This document shows positions 1 through 9,683 of a DNA stretch of 50,467 bases, piece after piece (positions within the stretch are counted from its first letter, which is position 1; the number at the start of each line of letters is the position of its first letter). The notes under the pieces are model-generated. The model worked only from the letters and a program-made list of their open reading frames with translations, made no database searches and was not told the DNA's origin. Source of the stretch: a virus (lineage: Duplodnaviria > Caudoviricetes); the IMG/VR virus record IMGVR_UViG_3300029821_000007, positions 1 through 50,467 of that record. The stretch is one strand, 5' to 3'. The position numbers were made by a program, and so were the translations under genes.

Positions 1-442
1 TTACAGCACCCTTAGACGTTGCATCAGCTACACCATGATACACACTGATGTTAGCAATGTAGCAGTTGTCAGCAGATACAGTAAAGAGGTCGTCCACATT
101 AGTAGCAGTAGAAAGCTGCGCTATACGAGAACGATTCTGGATACCATTACCAGAATTGATGCCAATAAGATGAACACCATCCTTATTCCAATCAAGAGCA
201 GTAGACTGGTAATCAGTACAATCAGCCGAGGCGTTACCCTCCGAGATGAAGTACACAACATCATTTTTGTTAGCGGTGCAGTACTGCAAAGCACGAGCAA
301 GAGTCTTGAACGCACGAGCAGGAGTCTTACCAGAGTTGCTGTCAGAACCAGTAGAGGGCTTAACAAAGAACGCCTTACCAGTAAAACCAACATCTACAGG
401 AACACCACCAAACTGTGAAACACCATCACTAAAAGTAGTCAT
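1..442 (-). CDS. Putative virion protein with DUF1565/beta-helix-like N-terminus; runs off the window edge and is not in the ORF track
   Basis: Manual translation MTTFSDGVSQFGGVPVDVGFTGKAFFVKPSTGSDSNSGKTPARAFKTLARAL... is open to base 1. AGGAG RBS at 449-453. The FV...GSDSNSG...AFKT motif is typical of such proteins. Confidence 0.75.
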   Translation of the reverse strand, partial: MTTFSDGVSQFGGVPVDVGFTGKAFFVKPSTGSDSNSGKTPARAFKTLARALQYCTANKNDVVYFISEGNASADCTDYQSTALDWNKDGVHLIGINSGNGIQNRSRIAQLSTATNVDDLFTVSADNCYIANISVYHGVADATSKGAV

Positions 443-523
443 TTAAATCTCCTAAAATAGTTAGTAGCCGGAGTAGCTGTAGGGGGGAGAGTAAAACTCT
501 CCCGCCCCACTAACTATCAGTTA

Positions 524-1426
524 TTACACACCCTGGGAACCGTAAACGGCCTTCGGGTCAGTCCAACCAGCAGAATAACGCTCAGTATACTTGAACTTGG
601 CGTTCTCAGTATCGAAGTCGTTATCGATGGTGAATTCCATACCACGACGCTGGAAATACTTCATACCTTCCTTGACGTTAGTACGAATGAACCACGCATT
701 GCTGTCGGTGAAGTAGTGATTAACGATAGCACCACCGGGGAACATGCCCTTGATAGTGTTGATATCGTTGTCAGCAGTACCAACACGATACGGGGTCATG
801 AGCAGACGCTCGGCTTCGTACTTCAGAGCCATGGGGATATGAAGCGACTTAGCCATCACAGCGATGCGAAGACCACGATCATTAGTCCAGTTGCTAATAT
901 CAATCATAGCCTGCTCAAGAGACGCCTCAGTGAGGTCAGCCGCAACAGACGGGATATTAGACCACGTACCACCAGACCAGTTGGGGTGGGCGGAGTTACA
1001 AAGAGAAACACCGTCACCACCAGTGTAGTTGGGATCAAAGGCACGGTTGTAAATGTTGGCCAACACAATCTCCTTAGTCTGGCGAGCAGAGAATGCCAGA
1101 GCAGAAGCCTTGCGGCGACCAATATATCCGTACTGATCATCCTCGTACATCTCACGAGTGATAATGAACCCGAGGGCCCATACGCTGTGAGCGTAGCGAG
1201 TGATGAACGCCTGTTCTTCCTCGTCGTAAGAAACAGCACCGCCGTCAGGCTTCTGCTGCGCCAAACCAAGACCCACTACTCCGATATCTTCCTCATACGC
1301 ACGGCTAGAAGAGAAAGTGTCGAACAAAGCGGTGTATTCCACCGGGTATTCGACATAATCCTTGCCGTAAATCGCATTAAGGCCGGGGTAGAGCAGCTTG
1401 GCAAAACTACCAGAATCAATAGCCAT
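524..1426 (-). CDS. Major capsid protein
   Basis: 300 aa with FAKLLYPGLNAIYG start and DFDTENAKFKYTERYSAGWTDP end, typical of a widespread capsid family. Strong codon bias; lies downstream of scaffold and portal. Confidence 0.9.
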   Translation of the reverse strand: MAIDSGSFAKLLYPGLNAIYGKDYVEYPVEYTALFDTFSSSRAYEEDIGVVGLGLAQQKPDGGAVSYDEEEQAFITRYAHSVWALGFIITREMYEDDQYGYIGRRKASALAFSARQTKEIVLANIYNRAFDPNYTGGDGVSLCNSAHPNWSGGTWSNIPSVAADLTEASLEQAMIDISNWTNDRGLRIAVMAKSLHIPMALKYEAERLLMTPYRVGTADNDINTIKGMFPGGAIVNHYFTDSNAWFIRTNVKEGMKYFQRRGMEFTIDNDFDTENAKFKYTERYSAGWTDPKAVYGSQGV

Positions 1427-1440
1427 TTTTTAGTTACTCC

Positions 1441-2016
1441 TTACTGGGTAGTAATAACGCTGAGGAACATTACCAAATGACGCGCATTGGCAAGGCTCGT
1501 ATCGTTATTAGGGGAGGTGTCATCCTCTACTACCATCACATCATTGTTACTAGCAGTAGTCAGTTCAGCAGTAGAACGACTGGTAGTACGACTACCATGT
1601 GCAGTAGCAGCAGCGATGTTAGTATCGGCCTTCTCACCAGGAGACAGGTCGAGGTCAAGGGCAGTCTGAACAGAGAACAGAACACCATTGACGGGAACAA
1701 TCCACACATACCCAGCTTCATCATGCGCAAGGTACTGCTTGGACAGGTTATCAGCATTAAACGGACCCTGATCACCATGAGTCACAGAATCAGTACCTAC
1801 AGCAACAACAACACCAACAACGGCAGTACCGGAGTCAGCTACGGAAACAACACCAGCGGTGCTTACAGTTACAGGATCACCGATGTAAATATCTCCGTGA
1901 TTGTTGGTGGCATCGGAACGAGCTGCGACAGTCATCTTACGCAGCATGGAGTTCCAAGGAGCACCAAGGAGGCTCTTTACAGGGGTAAAACCATTGGGCC
2001 GATCAACGTTGGCCAT
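1441..2016 (-). CDS. Putative capsid decoration/cement protein
   Basis: MANVDRPNGFTPVK start; small beta-rich protein immediately before the major capsid gene. Confidence 0.6.
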   Translation of the reverse strand: MANVDRPNGFTPVKSLLGAPWNSMLRKMTVAARSDATNNHGDIYIGDPVTVSTAGVVSVADSGTAVVGVVVAVGTDSVTHGDQGPFNADNLSKQYLAHDEAGYVWIVPVNGVLFSVQTALDLDLSPGEKADTNIAAATAHGSRTTSRSTAELTTASNNDVMVVEDDTSPNNDTSLANARHLVMFLSVITTQ

Positions 2017-2068
2017 GTTTTTTCTCCTAAGTTATTAAATTTGATGGTTTACCCATGTAAGATATTTG

Positions 2069-2545
2069 TTACTTCCGTTCCAACATAGGAACAGAGGTAC
2101 TAATTTTACCTTCACCATAGTCACCATCTTCATCATCAGTTTGACGTTTACGAGTGACCTTGCGTTCAGTCTGTAGAATTTGAGCAGCCTTAGCTGCCTT
2201 GTCTTCCTCAAACCATTCTTTAGGAATTCTCATAAGGTACAAGTAATTCCCACGACCACCAGGCACACGTACGATTGATCCAACATTTTCCGAAGTGAAT
2301 ACCATCTCAGAACCAATACTGAGGTTTTCCTTCGGCGCAAACTCCCAACCACCCATCAAGAAACGATGAATACGCTGCCCATTCTCACTGGAATCATTCA
2401 CCCATCGGTGTTCGTATGCAGGGTCTAGGCCCTGAACGGTGAGTATATCACGATTACCTGAAACAGGAATTCGTGTGGGGCGTTCTGCTCGTGAACGACG
2501 GGTCTTAGGGGTATTTGGCTTGCGCTGTTCTTCTATGTCACTCAT
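2069..2545 (-). CDS. Conserved head-module hypothetical protein
   Basis: RBS present; YEHRWVND...GWEF...LMRIPKEWFEED motif; lies between scaffold and capsid genes. Confidence 0.6.
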   Translation of the reverse strand: MSDIEEQRKPNTPKTRRSRAERPTRIPVSGNRDILTVQGLDPAYEHRWVNDSSENGQRIHRFLMGGWEFAPKENLSIGSEMVFTSENVGSIVRVPGGRGNYLYLMRIPKEWFEEDKAAKAAQILQTERKVTRKRQTDDEDGDYGEGKISTSVPMLERK

Positions 2546-2556
2546 CTCTATTCTCC

Positions 2557-3384
2557 TTAACCGATCTCACCGAGATCGACCAACTGATCTACGTATGCTT
2601 GAAGGTTGGGCAGTGCCCCAGTGTCCACGAAAACTTTACCGACACGGCGCTGTTCATCATTCAAGTCTTTGGGGCTGTACTTCTTAGTACCTCTGGAAGG
2701 AGAACCTCCCTTCTGATCAGGCTCACTTACTTTACTAGCACGAGGGCCTTTATTAAACCTCTCTGGGAACTCTTTCTTAATTTCCTTTACAACGTGACTA
2801 AACACCTCAGACGGTGAAGCATCGGGGTTTGCCGTAGCAAATACATACCCAATTTTATCAGCCGCACCAGCCATAACTATATCAGTTGTATACCAGGAAT
2901 TGACAGGATCTTGAATCCAAGCATTGTATGCTTCTTGCATAGCGTTTGCTTTGTTATTCACCGGCTCATTTTTTGTCTCCGGTTTCTGCTCATTAACTAG
3001 GTTATCACGAGCCTCATTAAGCTCATCAATCTGATCTCCAAGTTCAAGAGCACGATCCTCATCACCTTCACTCATTGCTCGCAGATGCTGTCGCTTCAGC
3101 TCCTTAACGGCTTTGCGATACTCCATTTCCGCAATCTTTGCATTATGTTCTCCAAGTTTACTGAGAGCAGCCCGGAGTTCCTCAATGGTCTCCCCCTGCT
3201 TGGACAACTGCTTAGTCTGGGTCTTAATCCGATCCATAAGCTCGCCTCGGAATACAAACTCCTTAGCGTCTACCCACTGATCAGGATCTCCATCCCACTC
3301 ATCCTTCGGTCGCCACCCATCTGCTGATGCCTTCTGCTCGATGGGACTAAGTTCAACAACATCATTGATATCTTCTTCAGACAT
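2557..3384 (-). CDS. Putative scaffolding protein
   Basis: Acidic coiled-coil protein with GWRPKDEWDGDPDQWVDAKEFV motif; position between portal and capsid. Confidence 0.7.
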   Translation of the reverse strand: MSEEDINDVVELSPIEQKASADGWRPKDEWDGDPDQWVDAKEFVFRGELMDRIKTQTKQLSKQGETIEELRAALSKLGEHNAKIAEMEYRKAVKELKRQHLRAMSEGDEDRALELGDQIDELNEARDNLVNEQKPETKNEPVNNKANAMQEAYNAWIQDPVNSWYTTDIVMAGAADKIGYVFATANPDASPSEVFSHVVKEIKKEFPERFNKGPRASKVSEPDQKGGSPSRGTKKYSPKDLNDEQRRVGKVFVDTGALPNLQAYVDQLVDLGEIG

Positions 3385-3398
3385 TTCTATGTACCTTC

Positions 3399-3704
3399 TT
3401 ATCGAATAACGGCTACAACGTCTTCGTCATTCACTATGACGAATATCTCCCCAGTTGTGGGGTCTTCAACTTCTTTACCAGCATACCTAGCGTATAGTAC
3501 TCGGTCTCCTTCTGAAGCCCAAGGTTCACCAGTATAGTCCTTAGAAAACGCTTTCCAAGCCTGCGGGCCTACACCAACAATGGTTCCACGCATCTGGTCA
3601 GCCTTAGCCAGACGCTCATCCATTACTATAACAATACCACCTGTAGTGGTCTTTTCTATAGGATCTGCTTTAATCAACACTCTATGTCCACACGGAGTAA
3701 TCAC
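3399..3704 (-). CDS. groES: Co-chaperonin GroES-like protein
   Basis: PCGHRVLIK..EKTTTGGIVI..G.IVGVGP..GDRVLYARYAG.EV..VNDEDVVAVI matches the Cpn10 pattern. Confidence 0.92.
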   Translation of the reverse strand: MITPCGHRVLIKADPIEKTTTGGIVIVMDERLAKADQMRGTIVGVGPQAWKAFSKDYTGEPWASEGDRVLYARYAGKEVEDPTTGEIFVIVNDEDVVAVIR

Positions 3705-3994
3705 TTATCTGCCCCCGGTTTGATGTTCTCTATCCACTCGTATAGGTTAACCACAGCCTGCACACTACCTAAAGCACGAACACTCTTTTGAAACGTACCA
3801 TCAGTAAGAGAGTCAGTATATCGTCCCTCTAACCAATCCGACACAAAACCTTCGTAATCTCCTTTAAGAGTAAGTAAAAGAGCCTTTGTAACTGGGTTAT
3901 TGGCCCATGCAACAACTTCCTCTTCAGAGGCTAAATCAATCAACTCTTGCGCTTTATCGTAAAAATCGTTTGGGTTATTCCTCAGTTTCAGCAT
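3701..3994 (-). CDS. Hypothetical protein
   Basis: 97-aa ORF overlapping both the portal and groES genes. Confidence 0.6.
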   Translation of the reverse strand: MLKLRNNPNDFYDKAQELIDLASEEEVVAWANNPVTKALLLTLKGDYEGFVSDWLEGRYTDSLTDGTFQKSVRALGSVQAVVNLYEWIENIKPGADK

Positions 3995-6005
3995 CGTCTT
4001 GTTTTTCCATTTCAGCCTGTTGGGCCTGATTATCTATTTGCCTCGCTTGAAGCATGTTTTTTATACGTGAATCCAGGGCTTCCTCACCCATCTTATACAC
4101 TTCCATGAGAGCCTTAAACTGCTCAATTCGTGTAGAATCGTCAGTCTTGTTAGCAGTAGCAACGTACAACATGGCTTGAGCTTGATCCCGCAACGACGTA
4201 AATTGGGTTCTAATTTTCTCCAGCTCTACCTCTTGGGTATCCATGTTAACCTGATGCTCAAACTTCTTCATCTCAAGCACAATATCCAACGGAGGTTGCG
4301 GAGGAGGAACATCCATCAACTTCTGGATATCTTCGTGACCCTCTGCTTCTAGCAACCGTCGTGTAACTTCTTGAACATTGAGTGGCATACCTATAGCTAA
4401 CTTCTGAGCTAGAGACTCAGCCTTCATCAGCTTCTGGGCCTCAGAAACAAGAGAAGGATCAGCGCCAGGACGAATATTGAAGTCTTTAAGATTGAAGTCG
4501 TTCTTCGATACCGGACCAGATGCACTATTGTCATCTATGACATGGACGTACAAACTATCATCCAGATACTGCCCATTCAACCTGAATAACTTCTTATATT
4601 CTTCAGTAAGGGATCGGTAAATACGCTTGTAAATACCAACAAACACCTTCTGGCCTTGCTCAAGAACGGCTACAGTAGTTGAGTATGGCTGGTTCTGACC
4701 AGGATTCTCGCCTACCATAATATCCGTTACACTTGATACTCGTTCACCACTGGCTATCAACGTACCAAGCAGATTGAACAGAACCATACTAGGTTCACGA
4801 ACAGGCAAAGGGAAAATACCATTCTTCATCTCTTCGCCAGAAGCTTGGGTCTGCTTCCACTCACCAGGAGTAAACCGATGTGCGCCCCCGCGCATCTTCA
4901 TTCCTCGGCTCAAATAACCACCACCAAGATTTGACAACGTACCAGCATCAATAAGCTGGTTCATGACAGTGTTTACAGCCGAATTAATTGGTCCCAGAGT
5001 GCTACCAAAACCAATACCATACAGAGGGCTATTAGGGTCTGGCAAGAACAAATACTGAGTAAATGTCTCTTCTGGGGTAATCTTTGCAATTTTGTCGCCG
5101 TCGTAGTACTCAACATCATCAATACTAAAACGAGCAACTATACGCAAGACCTTACTAGAATCATGGTCAACAGTGATTATATACGGCTCTTTATAACCAT
5201 CACCATCAAGATCCCACCAGCAATGGCACTCAAGAAGTTGGTACGGATCATCTCCATCCACAGATGAAGGATTAAGACCTTGTTCTTCATCCAATACTCC
5301 AGGATGTGTTTTAGAAGAGGGTGTACCTAAATCGCACTTCCTATAGATGCCTTGATTCTGGTACTCCATCACCTCATTGGGGAACATCCACATGCGATGT
5401 GTCTTTCGAGCCCTAGCAAAATCAACTGCGTGATAGTTTAGAGCCAAATCCTGCGGCAACACCAATTCGGATACGTTACGCCCACGAGCAGGTGAATAGT
5501 ACGTCTTCTTATACGCCATACCAAGAATAGGGAGTACAAACAGCAACCTATCCATACCATCATTCCAATCCACCATCTGTTCAAACAGCTGGAATGTCAT
5601 GAATGTCTTTACACGGTTAGCTCGCTTCAGCTTTGTTTGCTGCTCATCATCAGCACCAATAACGCTAATCTTGATTGGTGCAGCGTCATTTACAAGTGAC
5701 GGGTACGCCCTGGCATGGAACTGTATAGCAGCAGTAGTCAGCAACGGGTACTTAACGTTAGAGGCATTAGGCCACGGATAACTCTTGTTTTCCATAACCT
5801 GAGTTGTGAGTTTAATCCACCTGTCGTTGGCTTCCAACCAATCAGATCGTGAATCCTCATCAGCCTCGTACCACTCTACTACTCGTTCACCAATAGACTC
5901 AAGAAGTTCCTTATCAAGCAGTTCAGCGATATTGATGGACTGAATTAGTGTTTGGTTTACTGAAAGAGCACCATCAACGGCCTCATCTTCATATTCTTCA
6001 GCCAT
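3975..6005 (-). CDS. Portal protein (P22-like)
   Basis: YPWPNASNVKYPLLTTAAIQFHARAYP and NQLIDAGTLSN motifs; C-terminal coiled coil; follows TerL. Start placed at ATG 6005 behind a GGAGA RBS. Confidence 0.9.
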   Translation of the reverse strand: MAEEYEDEAVDGALSVNQTLIQSINIAELLDKELLESIGERVVEWYEADEDSRSDWLEANDRWIKLTTQVMENKSYPWPNASNVKYPLLTTAAIQFHARAYPSLVNDAAPIKISVIGADDEQQTKLKRANRVKTFMTFQLFEQMVDWNDGMDRLLFVLPILGMAYKKTYYSPARGRNVSELVLPQDLALNYHAVDFARARKTHRMWMFPNEVMEYQNQGIYRKCDLGTPSSKTHPGVLDEEQGLNPSSVDGDDPYQLLECHCWWDLDGDGYKEPYIITVDHDSSKVLRIVARFSIDDVEYYDGDKIAKITPEETFTQYLFLPDPNSPLYGIGFGSTLGPINSAVNTVMNQLIDAGTLSNLGGGYLSRGMKMRGGAHRFTPGEWKQTQASGEEMKNGIFPLPVREPSMVLFNLLGTLIASGERVSSVTDIMVGENPGQNQPYSTTVAVLEQGQKVFVGIYKRIYRSLTEEYKKLFRLNGQYLDDSLYVHVIDDNSASGPVSKNDFNLKDFNIRPGADPSLVSEAQKLMKAESLAQKLAIGMPLNVQEVTRRLLEAEGHEDIQKLMDVPPPQPPLDIVLEMKKFEHQVNMDTQEVELEKIRTQFTSLRDQAQAMLYVATANKTDDSTRIEQFKALMEVYKMGEEALDSRIKNMLQARQIDNQAQQAEMEKQDDAETEE

Positions 6006-6019
6006 AGTACTCTCCAGTA

Positions 6020-7300
6020 TCAATACCCAGTGATCCAATCTCTTCCGCTGTTAGCAAATAATGCTTCTTGTTCTTCTTCTTCCCACATTTCTTCTTCGAG
6101 TTCAGCATGTGTAGGTGCCTCTACCATTTTATCTAATGCAAGACCTATATGTGCAAGCGCATCTACTTGGTCTTTATACAATCCTCTGGGGAATTGCAGT
6201 AGTTCTGTCTGAAGATCAGGGAACCACTCCGCATCCATGTCAAACTCAACAGCACCAGCTCGCATTCGTGATTGAATAGATCTGGCACGTTTTAGCTTGT
6301 CTTGAGACGCATTTACTGGGTTCAGGTTAAGAAATACCCCTTGTTCACGCATCTCACGTTCAAGAACAGGGCCTATCGACTTAGCAATGTTTTCCTGTTC
6401 AATTGTGAATAATTCAGGGTGGTAACGTCTATGAACTGAAATCAATTCATTGATTATGGTGAGAGAATCACCACGAAATCGACGTACATCAACTACTTTT
6501 AGTACCCCTGAGTAGTTCATTCCAGCAGTAACTATAGCTGTGTAGGCTCTACCATCCTTCTCAGATATAGCCAAGTCGGCTGCTGAATAGTATTCTAGTA
6601 TTTCATCGTAGTCAGAGATAGGCAAAAAGTCCGATTTACGAAAATAGGCAGTAGCATCATCAATAGGATAGTTTAGGTACTCCTGGGCATAACCTTCTGG
6701 ATTACCTTGGCTAACATACCTACGTCTGATGGCCTCCAACCGCTTCCTTGAGAACTTCTCGGGCCACAAAATCTCGCTAAAATCTTCATTGTGGGCCTTA
6801 TATCGCTCAGTACTCCACTCTGGGTCGTTCAAAAGACGTTCCAACATGGAGTCAAGATGAAGAATTGTGCCTACGATGCGTACATCGCAGTCGTCACTAC
6901 CAGCAGGAAGCAAAGCACCAAAAAACCAATTTCTGAACTTAGCTCTGCGTTCCTCATTAAGAACGATTTCATCGTTTTCAAGGTCGTCTCCTATGATAAG
7001 ATCGGGGCGTTTGTTTCTCCACTTAGCACCACGTACCTTCTGCTCAGACCCTTTGGCGATTATCCTAAACTGTTTGCCACCATCAAGCTGGACAATTATG
7101 TCTGATTCCGAATCTTTAACGAATTTCTGGACACCAAACAGCCTAATCAGCTCATCATTTTCGTAAAGCTCTCGCTTTATGTCACTCAAAAACTGTATAG
7201 CCTGCCCCTCAGTGTCAGAAACTATCAAAACAAACTTCTTGACACGAAATAGTACGCTAGCTAAAACATAAGAATGGGTTACAGCGGTGCTTTTTGCATG
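6020..7300 (-). CDS. terL: Terminase large subunit, exon 2
   Basis: Begins HAKSTAVTH (second half of Walker A); Walker B IIGDDLE; VGTILH coupling motif; RNase H-like AADLAIS...DQVDALA. Confidence 0.92.
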   Translation of the reverse strand, partial: HAKSTAVTHSYVLASVLFRVKKFVLIVSDTEGQAIQFLSDIKRELYENDELIRLFGVQKFVKDSESDIIVQLDGGKQFRIIAKGSEQKVRGAKWRNKRPDLIIGDDLENDEIVLNEERRAKFRNWFFGALLPAGSDDCDVRIVGTILHLDSMLERLLNDPEWSTERYKAHNEDFSEILWPEKFSRKRLEAIRRRYVSQGNPEGYAQEYLNYPIDDATAYFRKSDFLPISDYDEILEYYSAADLAISEKDGRAYTAIVTAGMNYSGVLKVVDVRRFRGDSLTIINELISVHRRYHPELFTIEQENIAKSIGPVLEREMREQGVFLNLNPVNASQDKLKRARSIQSRMRAGAVEFDMDAEWFPDLQTELLQFPRGLYKDQVDALAHIGLALDKMVEAPTHAELEEEMWEEEEQEALFANSGRDWITGY

Positions 7301-7893
7301 TATGGTACTCCACTATTCCTAGTGGCATGGACTATACCTTCATTTAATCTAAGGAATTTTTTGTCCTAATTAGATCTGCCAGAAGTCCTCGGTATACTTG
7401 CATATCCTCAGACACTTTTTGTCCTCTTTCACCAACAGTTGAGCAGAACTCTAGAGCTAATTCTGCAACATTATTCTTATTTTTCATGTAGGGTAGTAGG
7501 CAGCCTAGCATGAATTCAGCTTGTTTTGTTGAAAGAGTCCATACATGACGTGGTTTTCTGTTCCCTATTACATTTGTATCTAGTCGTATATTACCACCAA
7601 ATACTCTTTGCATTTCAAGAAGCGGATCTACTTTAACGTGATTTATTCCTACTCGTAGGTAATACCCCCAGTAGTTTCCCCCACGTTTCTGTATTTTTAC
7701 CCATCCTTCCCCGTCAAAAAATCCGGCACACCACGCAAATTCATGCGATTTAGACATTTTAATTCCTTATTGATTAAAGCCCCTCGTCTAGTCTCTACAC
7801 CTTCCTCAACAATGAGGCTTGGCTCGGTATTGCCCGTTCTGGGTTTCACCGAATTTGGGGGGTGAATTTATATTCCGCGAGGCCATGATGTTA
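7301..7893 (-). mobile_element. Group I intron in terL
   Basis: P1 CCGCGUGGU/GCCUCGCGG with U-G at the 5' splice site; core AAUUCGGUGAA, AAUACCGAGCCAAGC, GUAGAGACUA, GGUAUAGUCC; P9 hairpin. Removal restores APRG|HAKST in frame (477 aa). Confidence 0.9.
7344..7757 (-). CDS. Intron-encoded single-motif LAGLIDADG homing endonuclease
   Basis: AWCAGFFDGEG motif; own AAGGA RBS; lies in the P8 region of the intron. Confidence 0.88.
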   Translation of the reverse strand: MSKSHEFAWCAGFFDGEGWVKIQKRGGNYWGYYLRVGINHVKVDPLLEMQRVFGGNIRLDTNVIGNRKPRHVWTLSTKQAEFMLGCLLPYMKNKNNVAELALEFCSTVGERGQKVSEDMQVYRGLLADLIRTKNSLD

Positions 7894-8046
7894 ACCACGC
7901 GGGGCGGCTACAGCAACAAATTGGTGGTTACTACAACACCTATCCCACAACTCAATATGAAATCGAGGTGTAGGCTGAGGATTATCAAATCGACTCAGTA
8001 GTAGAGCATTAGTAAACCCGTAAATTGATTCCGCTGTTAGTTCCAT
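7894..8046 (-). CDS. terL: Terminase large subunit, exon 1 (not in ORF track)
   Basis: Manual translation MELTAESIYGFTNALLLSRFDNPQPTPRFHIELWDRCCSNHQFVAVAAPRG (51 codons), followed by TAA inside the intron. Confidence 0.88.
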
Positions 8047-8048
8047 GG

Positions 8049-8318
8049 TCAATCCTTCGGGTTTTTCTTATGAGCACCCTTTGTCCGTTGATAACTCCTG
8101 TTCGTCTTGGCAGATACTACGCGTAAATTAGAACGTCTACCATCTCTGGCGTTGCCATTCTTATGGTCTACATCCTTACCATCTCCCTTTTTAACCTTAC
8201 CTTCACGCATCATCTGTCTACGAGCCTTATTTCGCATAGCACGCTTCTTTTTGCGGTCTTTTGACTCTGTAGCAGCCTCCTGCTTATAGTCCCGCTTGTA
8301 TCCAGGAGAGCTTGGCAT
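8049..8318 (-). CDS. Small HNH endonuclease, packaging-module associated
   Basis: GDGKDVDHKNGN...SNLRVVSAKTNRS motif; directly upstream of terL. Confidence 0.8.
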   Translation of the reverse strand: MPSSPGYKRDYKQEAATESKDRKKKRAMRNKARRQMMREGKVKKGDGKDVDHKNGNARDGRRSNLRVVSAKTNRSYQRTKGAHKKNPKD

Positions 8319-8357
8319 ACGATACTCCTAAAGTCGTTGTGCAGTAACAGCGTTGCA

Positions 8358-8870
8358 TTATTCAATCTCCGTATACTCTATATAGCTACCAGCCTTTGCA
8401 GTGACAGCACTGGCACTAACCGCAGACGCAAACTGCACCTGAAAAGTACCATCAGCAGCCGGAATTACCAATCCTTCCATGAAAACAACCCCACCAGGAG
8501 CTGTGTTCTTATTAGCTACAGCTGAAGTGGACGTTGCTGTTGCAGAAGCAGGGGCTCCATCATCAGTAATACGAGGAACCAGAGTAGACGTAGCTGTTCC
8601 AAGAGAAATATCTTCCCTAAGAGCCAATCGTGTACAATTAGGGGTGGATACAGTCCACCTAGATCCTGTAGTGGAAGCAGGCGTAGTAAAGTTTATCAAA
8701 ACTTTGACCCAATACTGCTTACCAAGAACCAGAGGAAAGGACAAACCAGTGACATCTGCTAGGGTATTGGCAGATACATCTGCATTAGCTACATCCGCCT
8801 GTAGAATAACCAGCTTAGAGTTTTGTTCTAAACCCGTTAGACCCTTAGCACCAAGGTTAAATAGTGCCAT
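8358..8870 (-). CDS. Hypothetical protein, possibly virion-associated
   Basis: 170 aa, Ala/Thr/Ser-rich and beta-strand-like; GGAGG RBS. Confidence 0.6.
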   Translation of the reverse strand: MALFNLGAKGLTGLEQNSKLVILQADVANADVSANTLADVTGLSFPLVLGKQYWVKVLINFTTPASTTGSRWTVSTPNCTRLALREDISLGTATSTLVPRITDDGAPASATATSTSAVANKNTAPGGVVFMEGLVIPAADGTFQVQFASAVSASAVTAKAGSYIEYTEIE

Positions 8871-8872
8871 AA

Positions 8873-9079
8873 TTAGCCTCCAGCTTCTTTGATCTTCTCA
8901 TCCAAAGTCTTTTTACGATCCTTTAGCTTCTGCTTTGCTTTGTCAAGCATACCAGTGCCCAAATTAATATCGTCTGGGCTAGGCTTACCCTTATAATCCT
9001 GATCCTTACCGTCTTTTGCATCAGGAGCATTGGGATCATCGTACTGACCACCACTCTTTTTAGATCTACTCCCCGCCAT
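8873..9079 (-). CDS. Hypothetical protein
   Basis: Start MAGSRSKK at 9079 behind GAGG; highly charged, 68 aa. Confidence 0.55.
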   Translation of the reverse strand: MAGSRSKKSGGQYDDPNAPDAKDGKDQDYKGKPSPDDINLGTGMLDKAKQKLKDRKKTLDEKIKEAGG

Positions 9080-9683
9080 TATCCTCTTCCTCCAAAAGCT
9101 CGTACTCCGTCTTGTGCGGAGCAGCATTAATTACCTTGTCACCCATTTTGCGAGCCAAATCTTCAAATTTGGTTATCATCTTGTCCAAGGTTGCTTCACT
9201 AGTAACCTTTTCTGTACGAGAAGTCGGGTCTCCGCGTATAAGGGCACGCTTGTCAAACAGGATAGCCAACACCATAGTTAGATCTCGGCTAGACAGCTTC
9301 TTCCTTCGTGGCTTACCATTCTTATCCAGAACTTCGTCACCATTCTCCAACCTATCCAGTATTTCGGCAGTAGCCTTTGAAATAATACCAGTTAGTTCAG
9401 CATCAAGCTGATCCTGCATATGCTTACGCACGTTCAGGAGGGCTTCTTCCCACCACACACCCCTGGTATGCCAATCTTTGATAGTCTGGTAGTTAATCCC
9501 AGTGTGCTTGGCACATGTCTCTAGATTACCAGTGAGAGCATACAATGTAACAACATTTAGCTTCTGCTCTGCTGTGTACTTAGAATGGGGATTGTACAAA
9601 TAGGTGAGATCTTCTGTTAATTCGATATCGTTATTAGCCATATTAAGCCTTTGTCTTTGTAAAAGCTGTGGATACAATTCCAC
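9066..9683 (-). CDS. Putative terminase small subunit
   Basis: N-terminal HTH (YTAEQKLNVV..GNLETCAKHTGINYQTIKDW) followed by helical region; first gene of the late operon. Start may be ATG 9641. Confidence 0.7.
   Translation of the reverse strand: MELYPQLLQRQRLNMANNDIELTEDLTYLYNPHSKYTAEQKLNVVTLYALTGNLETCAKHTGINYQTIKDWHTRGVWWEEALLNVRKHMQDQLDAELTGIISKATAEILDRLENGDEVLDKNGKPRRKKLSSRDLTMVLAILFDKRALIRGDPTSRTEKVTSEATLDKMITKFEDLARKMGDKVINAAPHKTEYELLEEEDNGGE

Noticed and set aside
470-515. Hairpin GGGAGAG-taaaa-CTCTCCC downstream of the capsid gene
   Set aside because: No U-tract on the coding strand, so not called a terminator; it may be a stabilising or processing stem.
35-2088. Long + strand ORFs (35-418, 716-1480, 1477-2088)
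   Set aside because: Antisense shadows of codon-biased capsid-module genes; no RBS or recognisable motifs.
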